A DNA stretch of 64,000 nucleotides from an uncultured bacterium. GTDB lineage: Bacteria; Patescibacteriota; Patescibacteriia; UBA9570; XYC2-FULL-38-9. A model generated the notes under the pieces. The model ran no database searches. It had not been told where the DNA came from and saw only the letters and a program-made list of their open reading frames with translations. The translations under genes and the position numbers were made by a program. Below, piece by piece: positions 50,792-61,033 of this stretch (its first letter is position 1; the number at the start of each line of letters is the position of its first letter). Location of the stretch: the NCBI GenBank assembly GCA_937996685.1, contig CALKUP010000015.1, positions 71,900 to 135,899 of the forward strand, written 5' to 3'.

Positions 50792-51739
50792 TTATTCAGC
50801 GGAAAACAGCGCGAAATGTTCCGGTAATGGCGCGATGATACTCAGTGACTCACCAGTCGTCGGATGCGCGAATGCCAAGCGTTCACTATGTAAAAATAAT
50901 GCATCAGATTTTTGAAATACTGGGTATTTTTTTGAGATATACAAACGATCCCCAACCACTGGATGATCAATCGCTGCTAAATGCGCGCGAATTTGATGGG
51001 TACGGCCCGTGTGAATTTGCACTTTCAGCACAGAATATCGATCATTGATGTTTTGCAACACTGCATATTCTGTCCATGCATCACGACCTTCCGCGTGTTC
51101 TGGACGCGCTGCCATTTTGCCTGGATTCATACTTGATCGATGCAACGCAAAACGAATATCACCGGCTTCTTGTGGTAATACTCCGTACACCACTGCGCGA
51201 TATTCTTTTTCAACAGTTCGTTCTTGAAATTGTTTTTTCAAATTCTCTAATACTTCTGGTGTTTTCGCGAGCACCATCACTCCAGTCACGAACTTATCAA
51301 GACGATGCACAATTCCTGGACGAAATGCACTCTCCCACGCAAGGTCAATCACATCAGATCCCATGTGCTTCACAAACCAGCCTGACACACTTGGTTGATC
51401 ATCGTTTTCATTTCCTGGATGCACAATTAAATCAGTTGGTTTATTTACAACAATAATTGCATCATCTTCAAACAACACACTCAAATCATAGTCCGGTGAA
51501 ATCAGCACGTGATCTGGTTTTGTCGGTGCCGCAATTTCTTGTGTCATTGAAATAACATCACCCAAACGTAAAAATTGATGCTTTGTCGCTGGCTTATCGT
51601 TAATCAACACCTGTTTTGCTTGAATGGCTTTTTGAACGCGTGATCGAGACACCTCCGGAGACAATGTCGCAACCAAAAATTGATCAAGACGTGTGCCGAC
51701 ATGTTCTTCTGTGATGTGGATCGTTGAATGAGCAGTCAT
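50792..51739 (-). CDS. rluD: RluA-family pseudouridine synthase (RluD-like) with S4 domain
   Basis: 315 aa; HRLDKFVTGVMVLAKT catalytic motif. Confidence 0.8.
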   Translation of the reverse strand: MTAHSTIHITEEHVGTRLDQFLVATLSPEVSRSRVQKAIQAKQVLINDKPATKHQFLRLGDVISMTQEIAAPTKPDHVLISPDYDLSVLFEDDAIIVVNKPTDLIVHPGNENDDQPSVSGWFVKHMGSDVIDLAWESAFRPGIVHRLDKFVTGVMVLAKTPEVLENLKKQFQERTVEKEYRAVVYGVLPQEAGDIRFALHRSSMNPGKMAARPEHAEGRDAWTEYAVLQNINDRYSVLKVQIHTGRTHQIRAHLAAIDHPVVGDRLYISKKYPVFQKSDALFLHSERLAFAHPTTGESLSIIAPLPEHFALFSAE

Positions 51740-52582
51740 TTAATCAGTGTGAATTTCAGAACGCATGTCAGGAAAATACGCTTCTTCTACTTGTGGCGCA
51801 GTGCGCGTTTTATCTGGCGTTCCGGTTTTTAAAATAATCTCCATTGCCTCTTCTGGAGTATCAACAATGTGAAACAACTCCAAATCTTTTTCAGCAATTG
51901 TTTTGTATTGTGCGAGCAACTTGTCTTTCATGAATGTTTCCAGTCCACCCCAAAAATCTCGGCCAAACAAAATCATTGGCACGCGTTGCATTTTGCCGGT
52001 TTGTAACAATGTCATGACTTCAAAGACTTCGTCGATTGTGCCGAAGCCGCCTGGAAAGGCAACAAAGGCTTGCGATGGTGATGTAAGCATCACTTTTCGT
52101 GTGAAGAAGAAATGAAAACCGATGGTGTGACGAACGTATGGATTCACGCGTTGTTCAAACGGCAATTGAATGTTCAGTCCAACAGACTCGCCGCCGGCTT
52201 CATACGCTCCTTTATTCGCCGCTTCCATAATCCCAGGTCCGCCGCCAGTAATCACTGAAAAGCCGCTTTCTGCGAGAAGTTTGCCGAGTTTTTCAGCATT
52301 TTGATACGCTTCTGTGTCTGGGGTTAACCGCGCTGACCCAAAAACGGTAATGTCTGCGTGCAGCGTTGAAAGAAAGTCATATCCTTCAACAAACTCAGAC
52401 ATAATGCGAAAAATCCGCCAGGTTGCTGTTGTGCTGCGAAATTCCTTTGGATTAATCACTTCTCCGCGCAATTTTGCTTTGTGCAATGCCGCGTCTCCGT
52501 GAGCACCAGACTTTTGATTATGGTGCGTGTGATTATGTTCTTGCTCTGAATCTGGTTGTCGTTTTGAAAATAATGATGTCAT
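51740..52582 (-). CDS. LOG family (TIGR00730) protein with a His-rich N-terminal extension
   Basis: 280 aa; GGGPGIMEA...PGGFGTIDE motifs. Confidence 0.7.
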   Translation of the reverse strand: MTSLFSKRQPDSEQEHNHTHHNQKSGAHGDAALHKAKLRGEVINPKEFRSTTATWRIFRIMSEFVEGYDFLSTLHADITVFGSARLTPDTEAYQNAEKLGKLLAESGFSVITGGGPGIMEAANKGAYEAGGESVGLNIQLPFEQRVNPYVRHTIGFHFFFTRKVMLTSPSQAFVAFPGGFGTIDEVFEVMTLLQTGKMQRVPMILFGRDFWGGLETFMKDKLLAQYKTIAEKDLELFHIVDTPEEAMEIILKTGTPDKTRTAPQVEEAYFPDMRSEIHTD

Positions 52583-52630
52583 AAAATATGGTAATGAATA
52601 CCGCTACTATAGCACGAAACGCGAAAATAG

Positions 52631-53269
52631 CTACTGCGCGCGCTTTTTTTGAAAAATGCGCATATCTTTGAATGACGCCGGATGAAACAACGACAAACGA
52701 CGAGCAAGTGTCGGTGTGAGCCCGGCAGCAGCAAACGCGGCTATGGTGGCGGTTTCTGTATGTGGAATACATTGATAGATAAAACCAATCAATCGACCAT
52801 AGGCACTATCTCGCAAGGGTGAATAATAAAACAACCCGTCTGATTTCAACTGCTGCGCGAGCATTGCAACGGTTTCAGTGAGTGGCGCATATTCGAGCAC
52901 ACCAGACGCAATAATAAGGTCAAACGGTGCTTGCGGGTATGCCAGCAACGGCTGTGTGATGTCATGCGTTGAAACAGCGCAGACAATGTCCGGAAATTCA
53001 GTCGCCATATCAGACTCTAATTGCGCCACCATATCAGCGTTCATATCAAATGCAACAATCTGCGCATTCGGAAAACGTTTCGCGAGCGCTTTTGTGTAGA
53101 CACCTGTTCCACAACCAACATCTAAAATATGCAGCGGTGCGGCTTCCTCGAGCGGAATCTGTGAAACAAAAAATCGGACTGATTGCTCATAGCCAAAGAG
53201 GCGCAAGAATTGGTTGTATTGTTTCGAAAATCTCCCAAACAATCGATAGGATAGCTTTTGTTGTTTCAT
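52631..53269 (-). CDS. Class I SAM-dependent methyltransferase
   Basis: 212 aa; LDVGCGTGVYT motif I. Confidence 0.7.
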   Translation of the reverse strand: MKQQKLSYRLFGRFSKQYNQFLRLFGYEQSVRFFVSQIPLEEAAPLHILDVGCGTGVYTKALAKRFPNAQIVAFDMNADMVAQLESDMATEFPDIVCAVSTHDITQPLLAYPQAPFDLIIASGVLEYAPLTETVAMLAQQLKSDGLFYYSPLRDSAYGRLIGFIYQCIPHTETATIAAFAAAGLTPTLARRLSLFHPASFKDMRIFQKKRAQ

Positions 53270-53275
53270 ATGTAT

Positions 53276-53352
53276 TGGTACTCCCTCCTGGACTTGAACC
53301 AGGGACCGCCGAGATATAAGCTCGGTGCTCTAACCACCTGAGCTAAGGGAGC
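53276..53352 (-). tRNA. tRNA-Ile-like with anticodon TAT (UAU), CCA encoded
   Basis: Manual fold; the body closely resembles bacterial tRNA-Ile2 (ileX) but the anticodon loop is CTTATAT rather than CTCATAA. Confidence 0.65.
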
Positions 53353-53507
53353 GCAGGATTCGTCACTCTTTTGTAACTGATTTTTGGACATCTTGCAATC
53401 TAATTCGCTAGAAAGAAGTATTTCTTTCCACTGAACTAGGGACGTCGATGTACATTTGCGGGAGATGACAACGACGTCGGAGAGAAACGACTTGAGCGGG
53501 GCAGTAC

Positions 53508-53855
53508 CTAGAAGGAGGAAGGTCCCTGTAGTGCAATTCCGACAAGCAGGGGGAGTAGCGCCAGGAAGATCAAGGTGGCCAGAATGATCACGAACCAGTT
53601 GATTTCCGGGTGTGATTCCCGCGAGAGATCCTCCCAACCCTCACTGACAAGCCTGGGAGCGATCTTGTGCCGCCAAACAAGTTCAGCCGCCAGGTCAACC
53701 ATCACCGTGACCCGTAGGTCCGAGACGGCCTCGCCCCATCCTTCAGTAGTCATGCCGGTGTGCCTGCTAATTGCCTCATCGACAATTCGCTTGGCTTCTT
53801 CAACAGTCTGCACGCGCTGCGGTGCGCGCAAGATCACGCTTTTGTATCTTCTCAA
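53508..53855 (-). CDS. Hypothetical small protein with a C-terminal TM helix; GC-rich gene
   Basis: 115 aa; about 58% GC, embedded between two tRNA genes. Confidence 0.35.
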   Translation of the reverse strand: MRRYKSVILRAPQRVQTVEEAKRIVDEAISRHTGMTTEGWGEAVSDLRVTVMVDLAAELVWRHKIAPRLVSEGWEDLSRESHPEINWFVIILATLIFLALLPLLVGIALQGPSSF

Positions 53856-53986
53856 AGCACCTCCTTTTCAGCACTGTACTGTGCCAAAATGTGCGGCGAC
53901 TGTAGCAGAGAGAAGTAAAAAATGCAATACCATGCATTGACAGTCCTTGTAAAAATTCATAGACTACGTGAGCTCACAGAATTCTG

Positions 53987-54063
53987 TGGGCGATTAGCTC
54001 AGTTGGCTAGAGCGCTTGCTCGACATGCAAGAGGTCACTGGTTCGAGCCCAGTATCGCCCACC
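53987..54063 (+). tRNA. tRNA-Val (anticodon GAC), CCA encoded; anticodon loop TCGACAT has C at position 33
   Basis: Manual cloverleaf, GGGCGAT acceptor stem. Confidence 0.7.
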
Positions 54064-54098
54064 AAAAAAGCTGCGTTTTCCACGCAGCTTTTGTTTTA
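54064..54098 (+). terminator. Rho-independent terminator after tRNA-Val
   Basis: aagctgcgttttccacgcagctt followed by ttgtttt. Confidence 0.6.
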
Positions 54099-54119
54099 TA
54101 CAGATATTCTGTTTCTGAA

Positions 54120-55103
54120 TTATTGCTTTGGAGCCCGATTCCAGAATTGTTTTGTGACTGAACTTTTTCGTCCAGCAAGTAATTCACGATAGAACAATGT
54201 CCAGCTCCCCATGTGCCAACTGGAAAACAGCGCAACAACAATCATCAAGATCAACGCGCCAACTGAATGATAGAACGTCGAATAAAAAACATATCCGTTC
54301 ATTCCCCAAATCATCACTGAGTCTCCAGCCGCAGCAAACAAAATTGGTAAACTCACAAGTTGCGTGAGCACAACCGCAAGCGCTGTTGCGATCACGTAAA
54401 CAATATAGACAAACACAAGAAATTCAAGGATCACACCGAACTGCGCTCGCACGAGCACTCGCCCACGAGTCAGCGCCGCAACCCACGGAGTTTTGTTGAT
54501 CACCACATCATTCATTGCAAATTTTGCAACCGTTGAAAGATAGACCGCGACAGGTGTCACAATAAAAAATAACAAGAATGAGTACACGATTTGCCATTGT
54601 CCGAGTTGGTCAAAAAATAACGGCAACGCTGCGAGCGCAAGTAATCCATATGACACTGCTTTTGTCACCAGCTGCACACTCGCCACACCCCAGAAATGCT
54701 GCTTGATCGCAGTCAGCGCATGATGCGTTTTGTATCGTCCATGTGTGTTCGCATCAAATTGTCCGTAGGCATCAATCAATCCGATATGCGCGCTCATGAT
54801 CAAGACAAACGCGATCAGTAAAAACAGTGCGACAATGACAGCAAAACCGGCAATCCACACTTGATCACCATTAAACAAATCAACAATCACCATCCATTGT
54901 CTCCCAGACCAAAATGTCGGCCGCAATGGAGACAGGTCGCTGCGCAATAAATCTGCATTTGTGAAAAACTGTTCGAGCTCAATGCCTTTGCCTCCCCAAA
55001 AAAAGACACAGATACCAAAAAACCACAGCAGCGGATGTCGCCGTGTGATTTCCCATGATTCTTGAAAAATGCTTTTGTACAATTTCATAACGTTCCAATA
55101 CAA
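54120..55103 (-). CDS. Polytopic membrane protein (hypothetical)
   Basis: 327 aa; 8-10 TM. Confidence 0.45.
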   Translation of the reverse strand: MYWNVMKLYKSIFQESWEITRRHPLLWFFGICVFFWGGKGIELEQFFTNADLLRSDLSPLRPTFWSGRQWMVIVDLFNGDQVWIAGFAVIVALFLLIAFVLIMSAHIGLIDAYGQFDANTHGRYKTHHALTAIKQHFWGVASVQLVTKAVSYGLLALAALPLFFDQLGQWQIVYSFLLFFIVTPVAVYLSTVAKFAMNDVVINKTPWVAALTRGRVLVRAQFGVILEFLVFVYIVYVIATALAVVLTQLVSLPILFAAAGDSVMIWGMNGYVFYSTFYHSVGALILMIVVALFSSWHMGSWTLFYRELLAGRKSSVTKQFWNRAPKQ

Positions 55104-55150
55104 TAAATATAATTTACTGCATTGTACCGTTTTTTGAAGTTGAACGCCAG

Positions 55151-57214
55151 TTATGCAATGGTGTTTTGGCCGCTGTTTGGAAGCGCTTGCATTGTGTCTT
55201 TCATCAATGCTTCAAAATCTTCACGCTCTAATGTCTCAACAGCAAGGAGCTTCAACGCGAGCGCATCAAGCGCTGCTTTGTGTTCACGCAACAATTGTGT
55301 CGCAAGTTCATATTGTGTGCGGATCAAGCCAGTCACTTCTGCGTCAATTTGTTCAGCTGTTTTTTCACTGTAATCACGCTGATGTTGGATTTCACGGCCT
55401 AAAAACGGCATGTCATCGTTTGTCCCGAACGTACGCGTTCCAAGTGTTTCGCTCATTCCGAAACGCGTCATCATACGGTGCGCCATTGATGTCGCTTTTT
55501 CCAAATCGTTTGACGGACCAGTTGATACGTCGCCATATTGCAACACTTCAGCAGCATATCCACCAAGAGACACCGCGATATCCGCCATCATATTTTTACG
55601 GGTTTGCAATTTACGATCGTCATCTGGCAATTTCAATGTATATCCACCAGCTCGACCTCGAGGAATAATCGTAATTTTATGCACTGGGTCAGATTCTTTG
55701 AGCATGTACGCCACAAGCGCGTGACCACCTTCATGATACGCCGTTTTTTCTTTTTCCAATTCTGAGGTGCGTGGGTCTTTTTTCTGTGGACCCATCATCA
55801 CTTTATCAATCGCTTCAAGACAATCTTTCATTGTCACTTTCACACGATCTTGGCGCGCTGCAAAAATTGCTGCTTCATTTAATAAGCTCATTAAGTCTGC
55901 GCCAGAAAATCCAGTTGTGCGTTGCGCAATGGTTTTCAAATTCACTTCTTCTGTGAACACTTTATTTCGCGCATGAACGTTTAAAATTTCTTCACGATCT
56001 TTCAAGTCCGGTAAATCAATCACCACGCGACGATCAAATCGACCTGGGCGAAGAAGCGCCGGATCAAGTACATCTGGACGATTCGTCGCTGCAATCACAA
56101 TCACTGCATCCTCTTCTTCGAAACCATCCATCTCTGTCAAAATTTGATTCAAGGTTTGTTCACGCTCATCATTTCCGCCTCCCATACCAGCGCCACGTTG
56201 ACGACCGACTGCATCAATTTCATCGATGAACAAAATTGCTGGCGCTGCTTTTTTCGCTTTTTTGAAAACGTCACGCACACGACTCGCGCCGACACCAACA
56301 AACATTTCCATGAACTCTGAACCACTCATGTGAAAAAATGGAACATTCGCTTCGCCAGCAACTGCGCGCGCGAGCAAAGTTTTACCAGTTCCGGGAGATC
56401 CCATCAGCAATACGCCAGTTGGGATTTTCGCGCCAATTGCTTTGTATTTCTTTGGATTTTTCAAAAAATCAACCACTTCAGACAATTCTTCTTTTGCTTC
56501 TGCAGCTCCGGCAACATCTTTAAATGTTTTTTTGCCAGATGCATTTGGATCAAACATTTTTGCTGTTGATTGCCCGAATGACATTGCTTTATTGTTTGCA
56601 CCATTGGCTTGACGCATCATGAACCAAAAGAAACCGATGATCAAAATTGCTGGCAACAAAATCGGAATCAATGTGCCAAGAAGATATTTCCAACCACTCG
56701 CACTTTTCACTGTAATATCTGAACTTGCAAGTTGCTCTGCAGAAACGCCGTAATTACTCAGCAACGTCGGTAACGACTCAGACGCTTCTTTTTGAGACGC
56801 TTGTTTTTTGCCGTCTTTCAATTCGATTTTTAATTCTGAACCTTCAACAACTGTAATGGTTTTCACCTCTTGTTTTTTCACTGACTCTGCAAGTTGACTC
56901 ACACTCACCTGTTGTGGTTTTTCAAGTGGGTTATTATAGAGCGACAACACCCATGCGAATGCGACAAACGCAAGGACAAAAAACAACACGCTGCGCATTG
57001 GTCCGCGCGGAGCTTTTTTTCCACCACCAATTTGGATGGTGAGCATTTTTTTCGTTTCCTTTTTTGTCGGCGTTGCTGGAGCGTCTTTTTTCGCACCATC
57101 TGTCGCGCTCTCAACTGGTTTTTTTGGCGATGTGTCTCGAGCTTCGTCGAGAGGAGCGTTATCGAGGGGCGCTTTTTCTACAACCTCTTCAGACTTCTTT
57201 TCTTGTTCGTTCAT
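55151..57214 (-). CDS. ftsH: ATP-dependent zinc metalloprotease FtsH
   Basis: 687 aa; AAA Walker [12 protein letters not shown]; HEGGHA zinc motif; N-terminal TM anchor. Confidence 0.9.
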   Translation of the reverse strand: MNEQEKKSEEVVEKAPLDNAPLDEARDTSPKKPVESATDGAKKDAPATPTKKETKKMLTIQIGGGKKAPRGPMRSVLFFVLAFVAFAWVLSLYNNPLEKPQQVSVSQLAESVKKQEVKTITVVEGSELKIELKDGKKQASQKEASESLPTLLSNYGVSAEQLASSDITVKSASGWKYLLGTLIPILLPAILIIGFFWFMMRQANGANNKAMSFGQSTAKMFDPNASGKKTFKDVAGAAEAKEELSEVVDFLKNPKKYKAIGAKIPTGVLLMGSPGTGKTLLARAVAGEANVPFFHMSGSEFMEMFVGVGASRVRDVFKKAKKAAPAILFIDEIDAVGRQRGAGMGGGNDEREQTLNQILTEMDGFEEEDAVIVIAATNRPDVLDPALLRPGRFDRRVVIDLPDLKDREEILNVHARNKVFTEEVNLKTIAQRTTGFSGADLMSLLNEAAIFAARQDRVKVTMKDCLEAIDKVMMGPQKKDPRTSELEKEKTAYHEGGHALVAYMLKESDPVHKITIIPRGRAGGYTLKLPDDDRKLQTRKNMMADIAVSLGGYAAEVLQYGDVSTGPSNDLEKATSMAHRMMTRFGMSETLGTRTFGTNDDMPFLGREIQHQRDYSEKTAEQIDAEVTGLIRTQYELATQLLREHKAALDALALKLLAVETLEREDFEALMKDTMQALPNSGQNTIA

Positions 57215-57287
57215 GTGATTTTCATTATTCTATATACGAGAAATTTGTATTGCTCGTGCGCCCTACTATAATTGAATTCAACGAAAA

Positions 57288-57304
57288 AAGCAACAAATGT
57301 AATA
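57288..57304. repeat. 17-bp direct repeat tcaacgaaaaaagcaac (left copy)
   Basis: Identical copy at 58278..58294; the two flank gene 57377..58192. Confidence 0.8.
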
Positions 57305-57376
57305 AAAAAATTGCCACGCCACCTATGTAGGTAATAGGCAGCGCAGCGAGCCGGGCTGAAGTGTCGTTTTACAGCT

Positions 57377-58192
57377 TTACGGCTTTTTCCCGAACTCGAG
57401 CGAGGAGTTGAAGCGTGCATTAACACTCGCAAGCCAAGTCTTCACTGCTGTGTTGAATCCACCTCCACGGTGCGGAATCCTTGTAACATCCACACCGATA
57501 AGGTCTCGAACTGTGGCTTTGTACCACAATGGATCAATAACCCTCCTTGCCCTACTCTCCCAAAGAGTACCCTCGTAAGAACTGGTTGGACGAAGCTCGT
57601 CAAGCTCCTTTTCAGCAATGGCTTGAAACAATGCCTTTCGAAAGGCACCGACGATCTGCGCATTCAATGTTTTTCTGCCTGGAGCAAAAACGACATTTGC
57701 CGCTGCAGACGCTAGAAACTCTTCGATTGTATTTACCTCTGTTTCCAACGGAGATGCAATGACGGTACTGAATCCTTCTGGAGCTAACTCAAAGTCCGTT
57801 CCGAACTCTGCGTTGATATTTGCAAGCCCTTGACGAATTCTTTGAATACTACGATCGCCAATCCTTTGACTCCTTTCCTTCAGGGCTTCATTATTGCACT
57901 GAAGTAAATCATCCAGACTAACAATCCCTGCGTACGCCAACGGCTCAATGACTGAGGTGCGCCATACGCGAGCAGACCGCATCAATTCAGGACTATCAAG
58001 CCTTAAGCTCAATAGATAATTACTGCGATCAGCTGGATTTGCGCCTAGAAGGCTTTCTGTTTCAACAACACGCAAAGCATCTGCGGCCAATTTAATGACA
58101 ATGAGTCCATCCGCACTTTTCAAAACAAAGGAACCATCCGACTCCTTGACCAAGGTGGTTGCAGTAGAACGCAGGTCAATTTCAACGTACAT
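57377..58192 (-). CDS. Hypothetical protein (about 50% GC) flanked by perfect 17-bp direct repeats
   Basis: 271 aa ORF, no recognisable motif. Confidence 0.45.
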   Translation of the reverse strand: MYVEIDLRSTATTLVKESDGSFVLKSADGLIVIKLAADALRVVETESLLGANPADRSNYLLSLRLDSPELMRSARVWRTSVIEPLAYAGIVSLDDLLQCNNEALKERSQRIGDRSIQRIRQGLANINAEFGTDFELAPEGFSTVIASPLETEVNTIEEFLASAAANVVFAPGRKTLNAQIVGAFRKALFQAIAEKELDELRPTSSYEGTLWESRARRVIDPLWYKATVRDLIGVDVTRIPHRGGGFNTAVKTWLASVNARFNSSLEFGKKP

Positions 58193-58277
58193 CAGACCTC
58201 CTCATCCGCTCAATTTTCGTATATTCCAGCACCATGCCGAAACACTACGAAATGAGGGACAAAACACCATACCACGC

Positions 58278-58294
58278 TCAACGAAAAAAGCAAC
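58278..58294. repeat. 17-bp direct repeat tcaacgaaaaaagcaac (right copy)
   Basis: Identical to 57288..57304. Confidence 0.8.
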
Positions 58295-58396
58295 GTTTCG
58301 CGCATCTCAGATGTAACAGCGCGAACACAAACAGCGCCTTTGCGATTCACCGGTGAGCATGTATACTCCAATGCAACACGGCGCAACCGATTGTTT

Positions 58397-59518
58397 ATGA
58401 AAAAACCAGCCATTCTTATTGTAAAATTCCCCTATTCTTCAACATTTGGCGGGGGCGAAAAGCACACTCTGACCATCGTTGAAAAGCTATCCGATCAGTA
58501 CGATTTTTATCTTGCTTCAACATGCGCTGTATTATTGAAAGAGTTTGAGGCCCGAAACTGGAATGCACGACGTTATTGGATGCCAACCGAACCGGTCACT
58601 CCAAAAGCCTTGCTTCTATTGCTCTGCATCTGGCCAATTGCGCTCGTTCAACTGATTCGCATTGCGCTGCACTATCGCCACACATACGGCGTTCGCACAC
58701 TCTATTGCCTGTCACTCACCGAAAAAATCATCCTAACCCCATGGGCACGCCTGTTTGGGATGCGCGTTCTCTGGATCGAACATCTGCAAATTGAGCGCTG
58801 GCTCCTGCAAAGCCCGTTGCGCTTGCTCTATGTTCTTTGGTCTCGTTTTGCGACAATTATTACCGTTGTTGAAGCAGTTCGCACTCAATTAATCGCGCTC
58901 GGTGTTCCAGAAAAAGCTGTCACTGTCATTTATAATTCAGTGCACGCACTTGATTTCACACCGCCACATACGCGCGCGCTCGCCGAAAACAAGCCATTTC
59001 ACGTGCTGTTTGTTGGTCGTCTTGCTATAGAAAAAGGCGTGAGCGACCTCATTTCAGCAGTCGCGAGCATTCAGACAACGATTCCGAACATCTCATTGAC
59101 CATTGCCGGTGATGGACCTGAAAAACAAGCCTTAGAGCAACAAGTTACTACTCTCAATCTCAGTAAAACCGTCACATTTGCCGGATTTATTAACGATGTT
59201 GCGAGCGCACTACATGCCGCTGACGTGCTTGTTTTGCCGTCCACCCGACGTGAAACCTTTGGTATTATTGCCGCAGAAGCCCTCGCCTGCGAACTTCCCG
59301 TCATTGTCACAACTGCCGGCGGTGTCTCCGAGGTAGTTGGTGATTGCGGGTGGATTGTGCCGCCTCACCATCCAGAGGCAATTGCGCGCGCACTCACAGA
59401 AATCTACACGGATTACGAAAATGCCTATAAAAAGGCGAAAAATGGCCGAAAACGGATGATTGAGCGCTTTTCAGAAGAAACAATGATCGAACAATACAGC
59501 ATTGCTCTGCGTGGTTGA
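58397..59518 (+). CDS. Glycosyltransferase family 4
   Basis: About 373 aa from MKKPAILIV; C-terminal GT4 motif region (TFGIIAAEALACELPVIV). Confidence 0.7.
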   Translation: MKKPAILIVKFPYSSTFGGGEKHTLTIVEKLSDQYDFYLASTCAVLLKEFEARNWNARRYWMPTEPVTPKALLLLLCIWPIALVQLIRIALHYRHTYGVRTLYCLSLTEKIILTPWARLFGMRVLWIEHLQIERWLLQSPLRLLYVLWSRFATIITVVEAVRTQLIALGVPEKAVTVIYNSVHALDFTPPHTRALAENKPFHVLFVGRLAIEKGVSDLISAVASIQTTIPNISLTIAGDGPEKQALEQQVTTLNLSKTVTFAGFINDVASALHAADVLVLPSTRRETFGIIAAEALACELPVIVTTAGGVSEVVGDCGWIVPPHHPEAIARALTEIYTDYENAYKKAKNGRKRMIERFSEETMIEQYSIALRG

Positions 59519-59643
59519 CGAATCCGCCCCTCTTTGGTATACTCTTTTCACTTATTTAATATCTTGGATCTTCTGAGCACTTGTTGCAGGATCCGCCGCA
59601 ATACGCAGTAATATGCGATTCGGTTAACATTTTTGCTTGTTTT

Positions 59644-60855
59644 ATGTCTACAAAAACAACACAACATCAAATGGATGAATTACTTGATTCAAACCCAGAT
59701 GTTATTTTCCCTGCTGTTGGCGCCCTCGTCGATGGTATTGTTATTAGTGCGCGTAATAATGAAGTACACGTTGATTTAAACGGTATCGCGAGTGGCGTCG
59801 TTCGTGGTCCAGAGCTCGTTGACGAATCTGGAATCTTCCAAAACCTACAACCTGGCGACCCTGTGACTGTCACCGTTGTTGACGCTGAAAATGAACTTGG
59901 TGTTCTTGAATTGTCATTCCGTGAAGCTGGCCATAAAAAAGCCTGGGATGAACTTCAAGGTAAATACGAAGCAAAAGACATTGTTGAAGGTCTTATTTTG
60001 GATGCAAATAAAGGTGGTTTGATTGTTCGCCTCGGCAATGTCAACGGCTTCCTTCCTGTATCACAACTCACTGTGGAACATTACCCACGTGTTGAAGGCG
60101 CAAACAAAGCCAAAATCTTGGAACGCCTCAAAAGTTATGTTGGCGAATACTTCAAATTGCGTATTATCGACGTGAACGAAGCTGACAACAAACTTATTTT
60201 CTCAGAAAAAGCTGCAAAAGCTGATGAACAATCACAACAATTGGAAAGTTACGCTGTTGGCAACGTTGTTGAAGGCGTTGTGACTGGTGTTGTTGATTTC
60301 GGTGCATTCGTTGAATTTGGCGAAGGCTTGGAAGGTTTGGTGCATATTTCTGAACTTGCATGGCAACGTATTGATAATCCAAAAGAAATCATCAATGTTG
60401 GCGACAAGGTGAAAGCGCAAATCATCAGTATTGAAAACGGCAAAATCTCACTGTCAATCCGTCGTTTGCAAAACGATCCATGGGCTGAAGTTGCGAAAAA
60501 ATACAACGTTGGAGATGTTGTTGAAGGAACTGTTTTGAAACTCAACCCATTTGGCGCCTTTGTTGAACTCGACAATGACATTCATGGACTTGCGCATATT
60601 TCTGAACTTTCTTGGAAGAAAATCAATTCTCCAGAAGATGTATTGAAAGCTGGCGAACGTTCAAAATTCAAAATTGTCAGTATTGAGCCAAATAATCATC
60701 GTCTTGGACTCTCTTTGAAACAATTGACTGAAAAGCCAAAGGATTTAGAAGAAAAGGAAGAAAAAACTCCTCTCGACGAAACTCGAGGCGAATCGGAAGA
60801 GGCAAAGGTTGAAGAAGTAAAAGAAGAAGTTGCTGAAGAAAAAGCGGCAGAATAA
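59644..60855 (+). CDS. Ribosomal protein S1-like protein (four S1 domains) with an acidic C-terminal tail
   Basis: About 403 aa from MSTKTT; repeated S1 folds (GxVxG...FGAFVE). Confidence 0.65.
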   Translation: MSTKTTQHQMDELLDSNPDVIFPAVGALVDGIVISARNNEVHVDLNGIASGVVRGPELVDESGIFQNLQPGDPVTVTVVDAENELGVLELSFREAGHKKAWDELQGKYEAKDIVEGLILDANKGGLIVRLGNVNGFLPVSQLTVEHYPRVEGANKAKILERLKSYVGEYFKLRIIDVNEADNKLIFSEKAAKADEQSQQLESYAVGNVVEGVVTGVVDFGAFVEFGEGLEGLVHISELAWQRIDNPKEIINVGDKVKAQIISIENGKISLSIRRLQNDPWAEVAKKYNVGDVVEGTVLKLNPFGAFVELDNDIHGLAHISELSWKKINSPEDVLKAGERSKFKIVSIEPNNHRLGLSLKQLTEKPKDLEEKEEKTPLDETRGESEEAKVEEVKEEVAEEKAAE

Positions 60856-60879
60856 CCCTCTTTGCGAAAGAGGTACACA

Positions 60880-60915
60880 AAAACAGCCAGCGCCATGCTG
60901 GTTGTTTTTTTATTG
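60880..60915 (+). terminator. Rho-independent terminator after the S1 gene
   Basis: acagccagcgccatgctggttgt followed by ttttttt. Confidence 0.6.
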
Positions 60916-60941
60916 GCCTCGTACCATGTGAGACAGCATAT

Positions 60942-61033
60942 AATAAGACAAAACCCGAAACACCGCGACAACAATCTTCATGGAAGATGTTGTGTTGGTG
61001 CTCCGGGGAGCCGAGCGACGAGACGGAGTCGAC
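60942..61033 (-). repeat. Cassette 3' module, copy A (about 90-nt imperfect hairpin plus GAGTCGACTC palindrome)
   Basis: About 90% identical to 62642..62748; lies directly downstream of the stop codon of gene 61034..61441. Confidence 0.8.

Noticed and set aside
60942-61033. Integron attC identity for the cassette 3' hairpin modules
   Set aside because: The modules are imperfect palindromes of attC-like size, but no GTTRRRY/RYYYAAC core sites or extrahelical-base pattern could be recognised, and no intI is present. They are described only as attC-like in organisation.
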